This document shows, piece by piece, positions 12,424 through 26,100 of a DNA stretch of 64,000 nucleotides. Below the pieces are notes generated by a model. It saw only the letters and a list, made by a program, of their open reading frames with translations. It was not told the DNA's origin and searched no databases. The stretch spans positions 496,001-560,000 of the forward strand of contig MU058387.1 of the NCBI GenBank assembly GCA_013265495.1, read 5' to 3'. Both the position numbers and the translations under genes were made by a program. Every line of letters begins with the position of its first letter. Position 1 is the first letter of the stretch. This DNA is from Vicugna vicugna (Eukaryota).

Positions 12424-12699
12424 GTACACAGCCCTGGCTGCCACAAAGGCGTCTGCTGCTGAGAAGCATGGGTACCTGGGGTGAGTCCTGGCACTTTCTG
12501 GAGCCTTGAACTCACCTGTAAAGTGACTGAAGTGCTTCAAATGCATCATCTACCTTATTCCTTCTAGTTCAGTATTTCCTGGAGTCTGTCATTTCAACAA
12601 AAAGAAAATGAGATCTGTTGCTAGTTTAAATTTCTTGTTGGAAAACCTGAAACATTAGAATACCAAGGAAAAGGGGTGCCAATGGTCCTTGAACAGAAC

Positions 12700-12820
12700 T
12701 GTTACAATGTAAATTCCACCAGGGCACGAAATTTGACTATTTTATTCATTGTTTCTCTGGCGCCTAGAATATTGCCCAGGAGACAGTAGGCATTGATGTA
12801 TTTATTTATTTTTGAATGTG
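12700..12820 (+). mobile_element. L2 3' fragment
   Basis: 'aatgtaaattccaccagggca...gcgcctagaatattgccc...cagtaggcattga' resembles the L2 3' end. Confidence 0.6.
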
Positions 12821-14567
12821 TCTATGTTCAAACAGTTTTCTTTCTTCTGGCTATTGATTTATTGACTTCTCCCCAAGTGTGACTGTAACAATAGTTGATA
12901 AAATTCTTAGGCATCAGGTTAGAGACAGGGTCATTAAAGATAAACATAGAGGGTCATTCCTAGATGTTTATTCTCTTATCTCAAATATTCCTGTTTCAGT
13001 AATAACATTTTTTGGTCAAGTTTTGGAAGCAAACATATTCTTAATTTATTCCAAACTAGTAGGCTAAATGTTTTAGAAGGGTTTCTATTAAATAATGATA
13101 ATGAAGAAACAGAATTAGTTGGAAAACGTTCACCTTTGCTAGTGAGAAACCATTCATTTCTAAGCAGGTAACTGCAATTCTATAATGTTATTCATTCGAT
13201 GCTTGAAACATACCTAAACAAAATGCATGGAAGATCACCGTGCACATAAGCACAGATTAAAGTTAGAAACTATGTTCTTGTTTGGAAACAAAAGCTCACC
13301 AAGTAGGGCCTGCTAGCTTGCAGCTCATGGTCTTTGGGGGAGAAACCTGTCAGCCGATGTGCATCTTTTGTATTTGGAGACAGAAGCACAGGCATTGGGT
13401 GCTAACTATTAAAGCTGGGAGAGCCACACTCACAGTTCCTACACAAAAAAGAAAGGGGTGTATAATTGTCTTTAAGGTCCCTTAGCAAAGTTTTAGTATC
13501 AGACTCCATCTAGTCTAAATCCCACATTCCAGAAACTGCATTAAACTCTAACAGAGCTTTTATAGAAATAGCCCTCTCCCTGTGCTTTATTATATCTGCA
13601 GAAACGGCTCTCTCCCCAAATCCCGTACTTTGGGACCACAGGCTACAGTCCCCCCATAAATGGGTTCTTTATACAGCATCCCTCTGTAGGCATATTCCAG
13701 ACAGAGCAGACTGTCCTCCATCATCCTGACCATTTTCCAGACCGTCTTCTCTGTGAGTAACAGCACTAGCATGGGTTCTGAATATTTCTCCCAATGCAGA
13801 CTAACAAACTGGCATAAAGTTTTCAGGGTGAAAACGCTGATGTACTGCCTTGATTCCCCAAGTCTCACATTATGAGAAAGTCATTCCTGCTCTTGAGCTT
13901 TCAAAAACTTGAGTGATCGCTTTACTGAAGAGGCCCATCTGCTTAGCCGGAGCGCCCCGTAATTGTGCGTGGTCTCACTGCTCGAACTGAGGTATGACGC
14001 TATTATACTAGGACTCCTGTTAGCAACAAAGCCGGGTGCCATCCTTCACTCTGAAGGTGACACCTGCAACTCTCCCTCCCTCCCTCGCATCCGCAGAGGC
14101 TCCCCTCAGCACCAGTGATCTGTGAAAAGCAGCGCGAGGCCAGATCTCAGCCTGCATCCCAACTGCCCATCGGAGGTCTCGCTTTATAAAATGGTACCAG
14201 ACAAATCGAAGGAGAAAGCCAGTGCCATCTCCCAAAGACAGGCAGCATTAGAGGCCAGCTCTGCCCAGAAATCTGTCGTGTGCCTCTCCAAGTTAACTTT
14301 CACAGTTAAATATTTCACCCTTTGGAGAATAACCACCACTCTGCTAACCAAGACTCTGAAAAGCCCTGGACACCAGAGGCCTGTGAAGAAACAAGAAGGT
14401 GAATGAGGGAAGCCAGAGGGGAACCTTGCAAAGGGCTTCCTTGTGCTTTCACTCCTACCCGATTAGACAGTGAATTACTTTCTCATCAGTGTTTGGAAAG
14501 AGAAATAAGAGGAAAGTGGCTAGAGGAACCCAGCATGAAGCAAGGCTGTCTGGTGTCCACAAAAGGG

Positions 14568-14630
14568 GTGTGTGTGTGTGTGTAAGTGTGGACGTGTGCC
14601 TGTGCGTGTGTCTGTAGGTTTGTGTGTATG
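14568..14630. repeat. Imperfect (TG)n repeat
   Basis: Read directly. Confidence 0.85.
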
Positions 14631-15229
14631 GTAGGGTCAGGAATGGAGCCCAGGAAACTTTAACTTTTGTGAAAGTTACACGTGTATTTACATGTATTTT
14701 TTTCACCATCAGGTTAACACTGGGAGCTCAGTTTAATAGTCTCACCTTATAGATTAGTAAACTGAGGATCAGAGGAACAAAACCACATTACAGAGAGCAA
14801 AGGAAAAATCAAAATTTAAGCCCCTAGGGGTTTGACTCCATTTTATTCCTCTGCCCTCTACTTCTCCAAAGTGCTCAATAAGTTATTGTCAATTGTCTGA
14901 AAATAAAAATGTTTGACCAACACTGAGGCAGTTAAGGTCTTTCTCTCTCCTTCCCCGCAATTAACATTCCAATAAGATAGAAAATAAAATTCTTATGTTA
15001 AGCTTTTAATGAGGGGAAACCTTTGGGTCTTAAGCAATAAAACAAAAACTGATATCCTCTTCTTAGATGATATTAAGCAATATACGTATTAAATATTTCA
15101 TACAAAATAGCAGCCTACACTTTCTAGATCATTTCTGAAGACACAAAATAATTATTTAGTGACTATAGATCAGTGCTTTGCAATCTGATTGAAAGTGGGT
15201 CACTTGGGGGATTTCTATAAAGTACAAGT

Positions 15230-16070
15230 AAGTTCTGTGCTCCTGCTATGGGCAAAGTACTATTCTGTATTCTGTGGATACAACACAGAACAAGACAAAG
15301 TCCCAGACCTCGTGATGCTTAACTTCTTAAGACGGTGAGGTGAAAAAAAGAAGGAAATATAATATTATTTCAAGTAGTGATAATTGGAAGTAATGATAAT
15401 TGGTGTAGTGCAAATAAATCAAGACAAGAAGATGGAGCAAATATCTTTGAGTGAATTTTCAACAGAGACCTGCATGAAGTGAAGGAGCAAGCCATGTGGA
15501 CTTCTTGGGAAAGACATTCCAAGACAAGAGGGCAGCCACTGCAGAGACCCTTCCTTGGCAAAGCTGAGGATGCGCAAGGTGGTCCTTGTTACTGGAATCC
15601 TGGGCGTGAGGGGGAGGTTAGTGGGAAATGAGACTGGCGAGACGGCAGATCATCTGGGGTCTTCTGTGCTGAATGATGTAAGGAAGAAGATCAGCGAGGA
15701 GTTCGGCTTTCCGGGAAAGAGAAAATGGTGGCTTTGACTAGAGTGGTTTCAGTGGAGATGGTGAGAAGTGGTTGTGTATATATATTTTGAAAGTAGAGGT
15801 CTGGATTCAGGTGGTGCAACGTATGTGAGGTTTGTGAGAAACAAAGGAGGTGATTCCTTTATTAGAAGGCGCCATGAGGTGAATGCTTATTCTTTTGAAC
15901 TGAAATGAGCACTCTGAGTAAGAAGCAGGCTTGGGTGGTGTCTTCGGTGACAAGAGACTGAGGAAGAGTAAGAATTCTTTTCCGAAGCTGCTAAAGCTGA
16001 GATGTTTACTAGATTTACAAATGGAGCTGTCAAGTAGGCTATTTATAGAGGAACCCGGAGTTCAGGATTG
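15230..16070 (-). mobile_element. L2 LINE fragment (L2a-like)
   Basis: 'gaacaagacaaagtccc...cagagacctgcatgaagtgaaggagcaagccatgtgg...cagtggagatggtgagaagtggt...ttttgaaagtagag' are typical antisense L2 segments. Confidence 0.8.
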
Positions 16071-17989
16071 AGTACGGGTAGCCTCAGGAATACCCTAGGA
16101 ATCTAGATTTTTAAAATTCCTCATGATTTAGGAACCATGATTGCAGCAAATTCCAATCATGCAGTCTAAAAAGACTCCTTTTTTTTCCCCCCATATCAAT
16201 TTGCCTGAAGGAAATGTATTCGCTCTATAAATTTGCCTGAGGGCAATGTGGGTTTTCTTTTTTAAAACCTTAATTCTAAGGTTTGATTTTATCTCACTGA
16301 ACATTAGCTTGCTATTTTGTTTGCTTTTATCATATATGTACCAGGTCTGGCATCATCCACGATTAGTTTAGGCTGCCTGAGATCAGGGTGCTTTGGTTCA
16401 TTTATGCAACACCATTCTCTGTCAGTATTAACAGAATAAATCCAAGTCCTGTTTGTTGAATGTGTGGGTGTATGTTTCTGAGAGGCTTAGATAGAATGGT
16501 CTTTTTTAAAGAAAGAATTAAAAAGCATAAGCTGCTGCTTTCACAGTCTTCTGGAATGATCTCCTAGCTTAGAGATCCAAAAATGTAAAACCTTATGGGT
16601 CTTGCCTCACAAATAGTTTTCCAAACTCATTTGGCCAAAAGCATGTCACGCGGTCTGGGAAATACATGTTGGTTCTGTGTTTACTCATGTCGCTCTGTGT
16701 CACTCCTTATCTTGCCAGAGACCACATGCAAAACTGTGACTCTAATTAACTCTAATTATGGCCCAAATAATTTTCCAAGGAAAGTGGAAGTAAATGTGGT
16801 CATGCCACACACATTCCTTTTTTGATAGAATTTAGTGAATTAAATACATTGCTTCCGCTTGAGTCTCCTTATACTTATGGCCTTTGTGATAGATTTTTTT
16901 TTCCATATCTGCATAATGTATCAAGACCTTGTGAATTACAGTTAAAGCTGATAATCACAAAATTGTTTATTTCATGACAGAGAATACAGACGATTACCCC
17001 TATGAAGCCCTGTTGGAAGGGAAAGAGAAAACGAGATTCTATTCATCCCAATGCTGGATGCACTGTGAATGACTGAGACTGTTTCCTGGTAACCTGGGGA
17101 AAAGAAACATGAAATGGGGTGGTAATGGGGTTAGCAGGAGAAGAACCTTCACATCGTTAATGTTCTCTCTCCTCTGCTGGGGAAGGACAGCCCCGCCCTC
17201 TGGTCATCACATCAGGAGCCTCTTCTCCCACCAAGAATGGGGGCATCTCTAACCTGTATCAGTCAGAGACCATCACGTCACCGCAGTGATGTCTGTGGAG
17301 TAAACTGGTGTTCAATTTAAGGAGCAAGTTCCGGCTCCACCACAACAGATTGATTTCAAGTTCCTGACTGTTTACACAACCGCACTGCTAAGATTCTTGG
17401 ATTCACAGCTGAACAAGTGACCTATGAAATGACATTCCCTTGTATCATGATGTTTTAGTCATAATAAAAATTTTTAAAACATCCAACAGTGCTGCCAGTA
17501 GAGATTTTTCAGGGCAAATATGGTCTTATGGAAAATAAAGAGGACTATAAGAAAGGTTTTGAACTCTTATTAACTAAAGTTAATAGAACTCTGAAAGGAG
17601 AAATTTGTAGCAGTCTGATAATATGAAAGCATTAATAGATGCTGAAGATACTGTGGGCCAATCAAAGACAAAGTTGAACATTACAGCCCATCTGTCTATG
17701 TAAATGTAATTAGGTCATGAGTTTTCACCCAGCCCCTAGCTTATTAGTTTTGATTTCCTTTTTCTGAACCATGCCTGCATTCTGGGAGCAGTGAGATATT
17801 TATATATCCTGTTTCTTCTTATTTTGAAGAATGCCCTCAAGAATATTTAAATCAAATGCAATGAAGGAGAGTGGAGTACACCTTTCAGACTTTTATTCTA
17901 CCCGAAACTCCCACTGAGAAGATTCATTAAAAGAAATATCTTCTGAGGAGCCAACAAGATCTTAAATTTAGTGACTTTTTTTAACTTAT

Positions 17990-18232
17990 AAAAATTTTCT
18001 GTTGAAGTATAGCTGATTTACAGTGTTATGTTAATTTCAGGTGTACAGCAAAGTGATCCAGTTACACATATACATACATACGTATGTATTTTCTCTTTTC
18101 AGATTCTTTTCCATTATAGGTTATTACAAGATATTGGATATCGTTCCCCATGCTATATAGTAGGCCCTTACTGTTAATCTATTTTATATATATAGTAATG
18201 TGTATATGCTAATCCCGAACTCCTAGTTTATG
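17990..18232 (-). mobile_element. Cetartiodactyl-type L1 3' UTR fragment
   Basis: 'ttgaagtatagctgatttacagtgttatgttaatttcaggtgtacagcaaagtgat...cattataggttattacaagatattg...tgctatatagtagg' matches the artiodactyl L1 3' end. Confidence 0.85.
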
Positions 18233-18913
18233 GGTTTTTTTTTTTCCTGTATCAAATTGGACTGATCTTAGTGCTCAGGGAAGTATTTCAGCAGTTTGAA
18301 TGTATAGTGTATAATAACCAAGGAACTAATACTGGGTTCCTTCTAAGCACCAACTACAGTGAGAGATGCTTTAATAAGTCATGCCGTTTCATTCTCCCCC
18401 AAATTCTGAACCAAGATGCAATTTATTTTTTTCCATTTTATAGAGGATATTAAGTCAAATATCTTGTTTGGATCACAAAAATAGTGTGTCAGAACCGAAG
18501 TGGTAGCAAGAACTCTCGTCTGGGCTCTACCATCTGGTTTCCCCAATGGCAGGCTAACAAAAATGAGTTCTGTTTCCCATGGTCCGGGATTTTTTTTTCT
18601 GCTTCTCTGACAATTTTTCAGACACATTTCTTCCCCACCCCACCCATCAAATTTTTGACTGCAAGCCTCTGTCAACCTCAGATATCTCACGTTCAACTAG
18701 GGTCCCTACTTTCACATCACTATCTTTAGCTGCAGGATCTCCCCTCACTTCCAAACTCACATTTCCCATTATCTACTGGACATTTCTGTCTCTCCATCGT
18801 ATTTGTATATTAAGTTCATAATAATTGGAACTCAATAGTCTATCTTCCAATGCTTAATTTTCTGTGTCTGTGCTTTGTGTGTGTTTGGTGCCATCTTCCA
18901 GGATACTTGTCCC

Positions 18914-19290
18914 TGTATCAGTCAGTTTAAGCTACATTTTTGTTCTGGAAACAAATAGCTCCTGATATTGGTGTTTTAAAACAATGATTTATGTCCCACT
19001 CATACTCATGTTCATTATGTTTTGTCTGCAGCTTTGCTTCATGTTAACTTAATTCTCAGAACAAGGCTAATGGACCAACTCCTATCTAGAACCCAACCAT
19101 CTCTAGGCAGAGAGAATAGAGAAATAGTGGAACCATACAGTGGCTCTTAAATCTTCTTCTTGGAAATTATATACATTTTATTAACCAGAGAAAATTATTT
19201 GATGAACTCTGACATCAGTGGGCTAGGAAGTACAATTATTTCCCAAGGACTGGCCCAGCAGGGAGAGGCAGTGAATATTTTTACTGTGAT
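18914..19290 (-). mobile_element. Old MaLR LTR (MLT1J/K-like)
   Basis: Begins 'tgtatcagtcag'; internal 'ggctcttaaatcttc' and 'gggctaggaagtacaat...gaatatttt' follow the order of old MLT1 LTRs. Confidence 0.6.
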
Positions 19291-21240
19291 ATCATTTATT
19301 GCACTTTTCTATCTCCATCATCAAAATGCTAATTATTCAGGAAGGCCCATGTCACTAAGATGCTTTCTCAGGTTTTACCAGCCAAAAAATGATTTGAAAA
19401 CACAAAGCATTTTATTTCAATCTGTCTTTTAACCTTTTCTTGTTTCTATTGTTCTTATGCCACTCCTCCTCTGAACCCTTCATAGAGATTATGAGTTCCT
19501 CTATGATTTAGCAACCGTGGCAAGTAATACTTAGCACAATGCCTTGCACATAGTAGATGTTAATAAATGTTTATTGAATTTAATTGATTTTATCTGCTAA
19601 GAAGTAAGGGAGCATTGAATATTTTCATGCTGAGAAGAATATGAACAAAATACGTCTCAAGCTGATTAATGTGATAACTGGAACAATATTTGCTTCTTCA
19701 AGCATCTTGGCTTATTTTCTTTGGCAAATATGTCCCCACCATGTACAGGACTCATGGAGCTAATTATCTTCCATAGTTTGGTCCCCAACAGGTCAGAAAT
19801 CCTAAAATTACTCTAATCCAAGTTTTGTTTTGTTTTTTCCAACTGGCTCCTCTTGGACCCACAATGATTTAGAAAATTTACATGTTCATAATGATGGTGT
19901 TGGTAATGAAGTGAAAAAAGAACTAAGAACTATATCTATCTATCTGTGTGTATATATATATACCCAAATCTTTGAGTTCAGGCTTCTGTACCACTGTCAG
20001 TGGGTGCTTAGCATCTACTGTGAAGCTGGAAAGTCAGTGCCCCCAGAAATGTTCAGTGAACAATGATTGATTGAATAAATAAATGGGTGAGAAATAACTT
20101 AATGTGATTCTGAGAAATAGTTGGTAATAATAAACTACTAATCAACACATGTATGTGAAGATACAATAGCCCTTTAAAATAGGGTAATATATCAAACACC
20201 AGACTATTTAAATCTCCATGCATGAAGTTCAAAAGCTGATTCTATCTTAAACAAAGATGGAAATTTTAGACATAGCTAGTTTTTTATTTGACGATGTGGT
20301 CAAGAGAATAGTCATTCGATACAAGAGCGCCAGTGTGCACATGTAAATATATCCATATCTACCAGGACTTTTGATGTATTTCTCAAAAGTATTTATTTTA
20401 TGAAAGAAAAACAAAACAAAATAGAACCGACAGCCTCAAGCTGCTTTTATAGGGTCTTCTTTAACCAACGGAACCTGAGTAATATGTGTAACAGTTTCCA
20501 TTTCACTGTCAATGTCTGCGACTTAGTAAAAGTTAATCGTGTGTTCACTTTATGTCGCCATGCCCAGCAGCACCGGCAGCACTGTGAATGACCTAAGCTA
20601 GTAAAACCAAACATTTCAGAGGCTGTTATCTTTGAATAGAACAATTCATGTAAAGCAGATGAATTCCAGGTTTTCAATCAGAAACAGAACAATACTCAGG
20701 AAAACTGCCAAGCCCCAATGCATAAACACTAGGTCAAAACAATAATAAAAATATTGTCTCACTGTAGTCATAAAGTGAAAAGCTGTCTGTAGAAAATTCC
20801 TTGTTTGAAAACTTTGTGGCTACCAGGGGTTTCATCTTCCATTTAAACAGTTAGTTTCTTATTGAAAAACCCTACATTAAGTCAATATGTTTTGTCAGAG
20901 ACAGTAAGACTAGATATGAATACTAGCTTTATAAATGGCTTACCTAAGATTTTCTCCTTTGAATAATTCACACCACCACAACTATAAATAAATTACTGGG
21001 AAAATATTTTGTGTTTTACTGCATGCAACTTATAAATTGGAAAAGCCAAAATAATATCACTTTTATTATTGAAAAACATGATACCAGAATATGACCTATA
21101 TATACTGCCAAGACATTAGGTGAAAGCACACCAGTGTGAATGTTTGCCAATTGAGTACAATTGAACTCTTAACACTTTGAACAATCAAAATGTTTCAATA
21201 TTTATATCTCTGATTAGAGCCCTCTAGAACAAACTCTAAG

Positions 21241-21242
<2 letters not shown>

Positions 21243-21287
<45 letters not shown>
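21243..21287. repeat. (AAT)n microsatellite
   Basis: Read directly; abuts the 3' end of an antisense MIR. Confidence 0.95.
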
Positions 21288-21510
21288 GTTAAAATGTATT
21301 GAGAACTTACTATAGGTCAGGCATTCCTCTATGTTCTTCATATGTTTTATTTTACTTAATTCTCACAAAATCTTCTTCCAAAATAGAATTCAGTAGAAGA
21401 GAAAACTAAGACACAATTTGGTTAAAAATTGGGTCACATAGCCTGTTGGCAATGGAATCAGGATTTGAACCCTGTCAGGCTTAATCCAGAGGGTACACTC
21501 TTCCTCCAAA
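21288..21510 (-). mobile_element. MIR SINE
   Basis: 'tattgagaacttactataggtcaggcatt...gaaaactaagacaca...ggtcacatagc...caggatttgaaccc' is the MIR reverse complement. Confidence 0.8.
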
Positions 21511-21782
21511 CACTGCAATTCTGTGCCTTTTGGAGCTCTGTGGTGGATAAGTAATCTAAAATTTCCATATTAAATATTCACATTGAAGTTTGGAAACACA
21601 TATTATTCTAAGGATGGAGGTCTGTATGTCACTGTAATCCTAGTTATAGGATTACCATCCAGTATACCAACATGGACATGGAAAACATAAAGAAACCAGA
21701 CTTCACGAATAATGATTCACTTTTTCATTGATTTATGTATCGATTATTATTAAGTACGTATAGTCTACCAGCCCTTGACTGT

Positions 21783-22258
21783 TGTATTGATTTCTTATTG
21801 CTGCTGTAACAAATATCCCCCAATCAGCAGCATAAAACAACATGAATTTATTCTCTTACAGTTCTGGAGGTCAAAAGTCTAAAATCGAGGTGTTAGCAGG
21901 GCTTTAATTTCTTCTGGAGGCTTTGGGAGAGAAATAATTTCTTTGCCTTTTCCAGCTTCTAGAAGCCTCCTACATTCCTTGACTTCTTACTCTTTCCTTC
22001 ATTCCTGATGTACATCTCTCCAACTGCTGCCCCACCGTCACATCTCCTTTTTTTAAAATTTGTTCTTATTGCCTCTCGTATAAGGATCCCTTTGATTACA
22101 TTGGACTCACCTGGATAATTCAGAATCATGTTCTCATCTCAAGAGTCTTAACTCAATCACAGCCATGAAGTCCCTTACGCCATGGAGGGTAACATACTCA
22201 CAGGTTCTAAGGATTAGAATGTGGACATCATTGAGGGACCATTATTGTGTCTAACACA
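21783..22258 (-). mobile_element. MaLR solo LTR, MLT1C/D-like
   Basis: tg...ca termini; 'ttgctgctgtaacaaat...atttattctcttacagttctggaggtc...ttccagcttctaga...gattacattgg...ggtaacatactcacaggttc'. Confidence 0.88.
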
Positions 22259-23126
22259 GGCATGGTCCAAAAATCAAAGGGTAAAAAGTCCATGTATTAC
22301 ATTGGAGAAGACCCTGAAGGAGCTATTGAAGGATGTAATGCAGAGAGGGACACAATCTGATTTTAGAAAGAATACTTTGGCAGCACTGAAGAGGAAAGGT
22401 GTTGGTGTCATCCTTCTGAAAATATTCAAAGCTTGACTTAACATAGTAGAAGTGAGGGTAGAGTGAAGAGCAGTGATTTGAAGAATGTTTAGAAGGTAGG
22501 ATCAGCTCGGACACGGTGAGATTGTCCACAATGAATCATTTTCCTTTTGGCTCTGCCCTTCCATACCTGCAAGAGATAAATGCTGTATTACATAAAAGGC
22601 TTTTCTGCTTTATTAAAAATGTACCTCCATCATGTTTTTAATTTAGGACAATGTAGAAGGCACCATGTGGCATAGCTATGGGGCAGAATCCTAATAGTGC
22701 GTTCATTTCCTGTAGAATTAAATCAATCACCTATCCTTAATTGAAATAAAAGTGAACTATACCCTCTTACTCATAGGCCCTATCTGGTGAAACTATCAGA
22801 ATTACTTGGTGGTATTAGATCTAAAATCCAACTATAGGACATTAATTGGTTTTTGGCCTGAGAAAAGGTTCCTTTTTATCTGAAGTGATACATTCTAAGA
22901 TGGTCTGTTGAAAGACCTAGACCTCTTATGAATGAACTTCATTTAATATACTAACACTTGCTTGATACAGGTTTTCCTGATTGCAAATATTAATATCTCT
23001 TATCAAGTTTCATTTTTGCTCAGTAAAATTGCTTTTGTATATCACATGCTGTTCTTGGTGGCATTTTTTAAGTCAGCTCATAACAGGTACAGTGGACTAC
23101 ACTCACAGAGTTTCCTCATTCAATAG

Positions 23127-23306
23127 ACACCATTCAAAAACATGCCAAACCATTCACAGAAATGCATTCCAAAGAGTTGTTTCCAAAGTTCGTGCCAACG
23201 CAGGGAAATTTTGACTTAGAAGACAAGAACTTGTGTGAATTTGTCAGATGGCTGGTGGCCAGGATTTCTTTTAAGCGTTTTGGACCAGATCTCATCCTGA
23301 GTAAAT
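23127..23306 (+). other. Candidate internal exon (180 nt, phase 1-1, open), product unrecognised
   Basis: Acceptor tttcctcattcaatag and donor gtaagc flank an open frame TIQKHAKPFTEMHSKELFPKFVPTQGNFDLEDKNLCEFVRWLVARISFKRFGPDLILSK, in non-repetitive DNA. Confidence 0.25.
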
Positions 23307-24899
23307 GTAAGCCAAACATCTTTATCCTTTAATCATATTTATGGTATTTATTTTGGAGAAAATGTAATCTAGATGCTTATGTGAACCCATGTGATTCATT
23401 TACACTTCAAGTCTTTGAATGGTTACTCTAGAGAGAGTTAATATCAAAAATAACAGCTCAGCTTGGATAAGACTGAAAACTTCATGAAAGGATGGCAGAA
23501 GGGAGGAAAAGGAAGCTTCCGAAATCCTGTCACCATATTTTGCAAGCTTAGACAGAGAAAGGTCTAAGTGTCAACACTCTAGTAGCTTTAAAGTGTTAAA
23601 GTCCTTATTATTGGGTTTTTGGGTAGCAGTAAAATCAGGCAAGGACTAAACGGGCGACCAGTAAGAGAGTCCTGTTTGGCTACAATCCTCTTCCTGGGAC
23701 ACTCTCCTCCTCCCAATGTATTCTAACCTTCAAACTCTGGCAACACACAGCGTCCAGTGTACTAGCCTTGAACCCCAGCATTTCTAGCATGCCAAGGGTC
23801 CGTGTTTGCTCACTGCCGACTGAATGTATTCCTCTGTGACAAAATAAGGGATCAGGAGACCTCTAACACTCTAGTTTCTGTCATTGCATTCCTTACACTG
23901 GATGAGATAAAACTAAGAATGCTGCATGGAGGCAGCAAAACCTTTGGCCCTCGACTTACTCAGGCCTGGCCTTCTCGAGTGATTCCAAGCTTTGACCATA
24001 TCTACCAGGAAAGGTCCTCTGAGTTTTCAGGTTCGTGGTCATTTGTATTTTCACCTTCATATCCACACACAAGAAGGCTGGGATTCGCTGGTTATTTTTA
24101 AGATGCTCCAATATGGAGGAAATTTCTTTCACTATGGTTTGGGCCAAAAATATTGGGCTATAGCATATGAGGCCCTTTGATCTAGAGCAGTAATTTTCTT
24201 TGCCCTAGAACAGTAACGGGCTTTAGATGTTTAAAAAAAAAGGCCCACTTGGATATATTATTTGTATTGATCTCTAATGCTTCTGTCTGGCCCAGAAAAG
24301 ACTCTGAATGTATCAAGAGTACTTGGCAGACTAGGGGGTTAGCTGCTTTCAAGATGCCAATGAAATAAAATTCTACTTCTAAACTGACTTTTGTGAGGCA
24401 AGCAACTGTAGTTAGTTACTTTTTTAAATACATTTTTTTTTTAAGGAAAGCTGATGCTGTCTTTAAAACAGCCATACCCCCCAAGTGAAGTCATATAAAC
24501 CAACTACGTTTTTATTATTTCTGTCGAAAATAAAAAAGATTTATTTTCTTAGTTTATCAGTTTAGAAACCTTTTTTTTTTAAAGTACAGTGGGGAAATCA
24601 TGAGGAAAGTATGCAGAATTTATTGGGGAATGTAGCCTGTCCTGGTAGAGGCCCCGGGTCTTCACAAAGTCACTTAACTTCCAGGTTTTCTATTTCTCCA
24701 GATAGAAACCTGGGCTCAGAGCACCTGCCTACATGATAGAGGCATGGAGCATAGTGTCCATCAAGAGCACTTGATTTTTGGAATTGGGTTTTATTCAAAA
24801 AAGGTTATTAATTGTGATTGAGGGGCCAGACAATGTTCCAGGCCCTGGAGATGTGATGAGTTCCCATCAGCCCCGGTCTCCCAGGAGTTCACTTTGGAA

Positions 24900-24919
24900 A
24901 CACACACACACACACACAC
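24900..24919. repeat. (CA)n microsatellite
   Basis: Read directly. Confidence 0.9.
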
Positions 24920-25119
24920 TAGGATCATTAATATCAAAAGACTAAGGGATCAGAATCAAGCATTTCAAAGTGTATACTTTGTAAAAATCAATGAATGTGC
25001 ATAATTATAAAATGAATTTATTTAATCATTTTTTTCGGAGCTCAAGTCTTATATTTTTCCTATGGATACACAGGAAAAAAATATGGTGGCAATGCTTAAA
25101 AGATCCTTCAATGAGATTT

Positions 25120-25372
25120 TGGTCGAAATGATGATTTGTCACATTGCATAGACGTTTATAAATACACATGTGATTGCATGTGTGACTGGTGAAACCTAAA
25201 CAAACCCTGTGAATTACACCAGGGTCAATTTCCTGGTTTTCATATTGCACTATAGCTACCCATGTCATTCACATGGGGGTGGCTGGACGGGGTGTACCCG
25301 GGACCCCATATGCATTTCTTTGCAATTTCCTATAAATTCAAAATGGTTTCAAAATAAAAGTTAAAAAAAAAA
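25120..25372 (+). mobile_element. Old L1 (L1MC/MD-like) 3' end
   Basis: 'gtcaatttcctggtttt...ctttgcaatttcct...tttcaaaataaaagtt' followed by an A tail. Confidence 0.75.
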
Positions 25373-25659
25373 TAAGAGTGCATACTCCTTCTCACTTACC
25401 AAGTTGTTTTCATTCACCATTAAGAGACCTTGTGTTTTCAAGTAATGATGATACGTGTGTACGTATCAATCAAGACTTTCTGGCTTTGTTCCCCTCGAGA
25501 ACTGTGATGTGCATACAGGAGATGGCTGACAGCACCCAAGCCCCTTCTGTCCTGTTGTGCCTTCGAGACTGATGACACTGCTTCAAATGTTTAGCATACT
25601 TTAGAATTTAAAAAAAAAAAACTCAGTTTAGGTCAAAGATCGTTCAGTGACGAGACTGC

Positions 25660-25870
25660 AGAGCACACTGGAAGACAACAGGAAAGTCAGTAAATCCGGA
25701 GCACTGAGAATGAGAAATACTGAAAACTGAATCTGGAAAAAAGAAGCCGGGCCCACATCCCAAAGGGCCTTATAAACTCTAATAAGAATTTTGAATGTAT
25801 GCTGAGAATAATGGCAAACCATGGAGCGGTGCTAGGGAGGAGAGCAACATGGTGAGATTTGCCTTTTGCT
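25660..25870 (-). mobile_element. L2 fragment
   Basis: 'agggccttataaac...taagaattttgaat...atggcaaaccatggag...ggagagcaacatggtgagattt'. Confidence 0.65.
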
Positions 25871-26004
25871 GGTGTTGCATACCAAAACTGCTCAGCGTTT
25901 TGTCCACTTTTCAATGTTTAAGCATAGAAAAATCGATCTTGAAAGTCTGAGGGGAAAACACCAACAACACTATAGACAGGAGAGGAAGAAACAGAAAAAT
26001 ATGA

Positions 26005-26100
26005 ATAATGGATACATGTTTGCTTACAAATGACTGAGCAATTATGCTGCACACCAGAAATTGACACATTGGAAACTGGTTATATTTCAATTAAAAAAAA
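26005..26100 (+). mobile_element. Short artiodactyl/camelid L1 3' terminus with A tail
   Basis: 'atgactgagcaattatgctgcacaccagaaattgacacattg...tatatttcaattaaaaaaaa' is the sense version of the 17990 and 44665 elements. Confidence 0.75.

Noticed and set aside
11798..12509. 186-aa and 134-aa ORFs
   Set aside because: They lie within the MLT1C-like solo LTR; chance ORFs.
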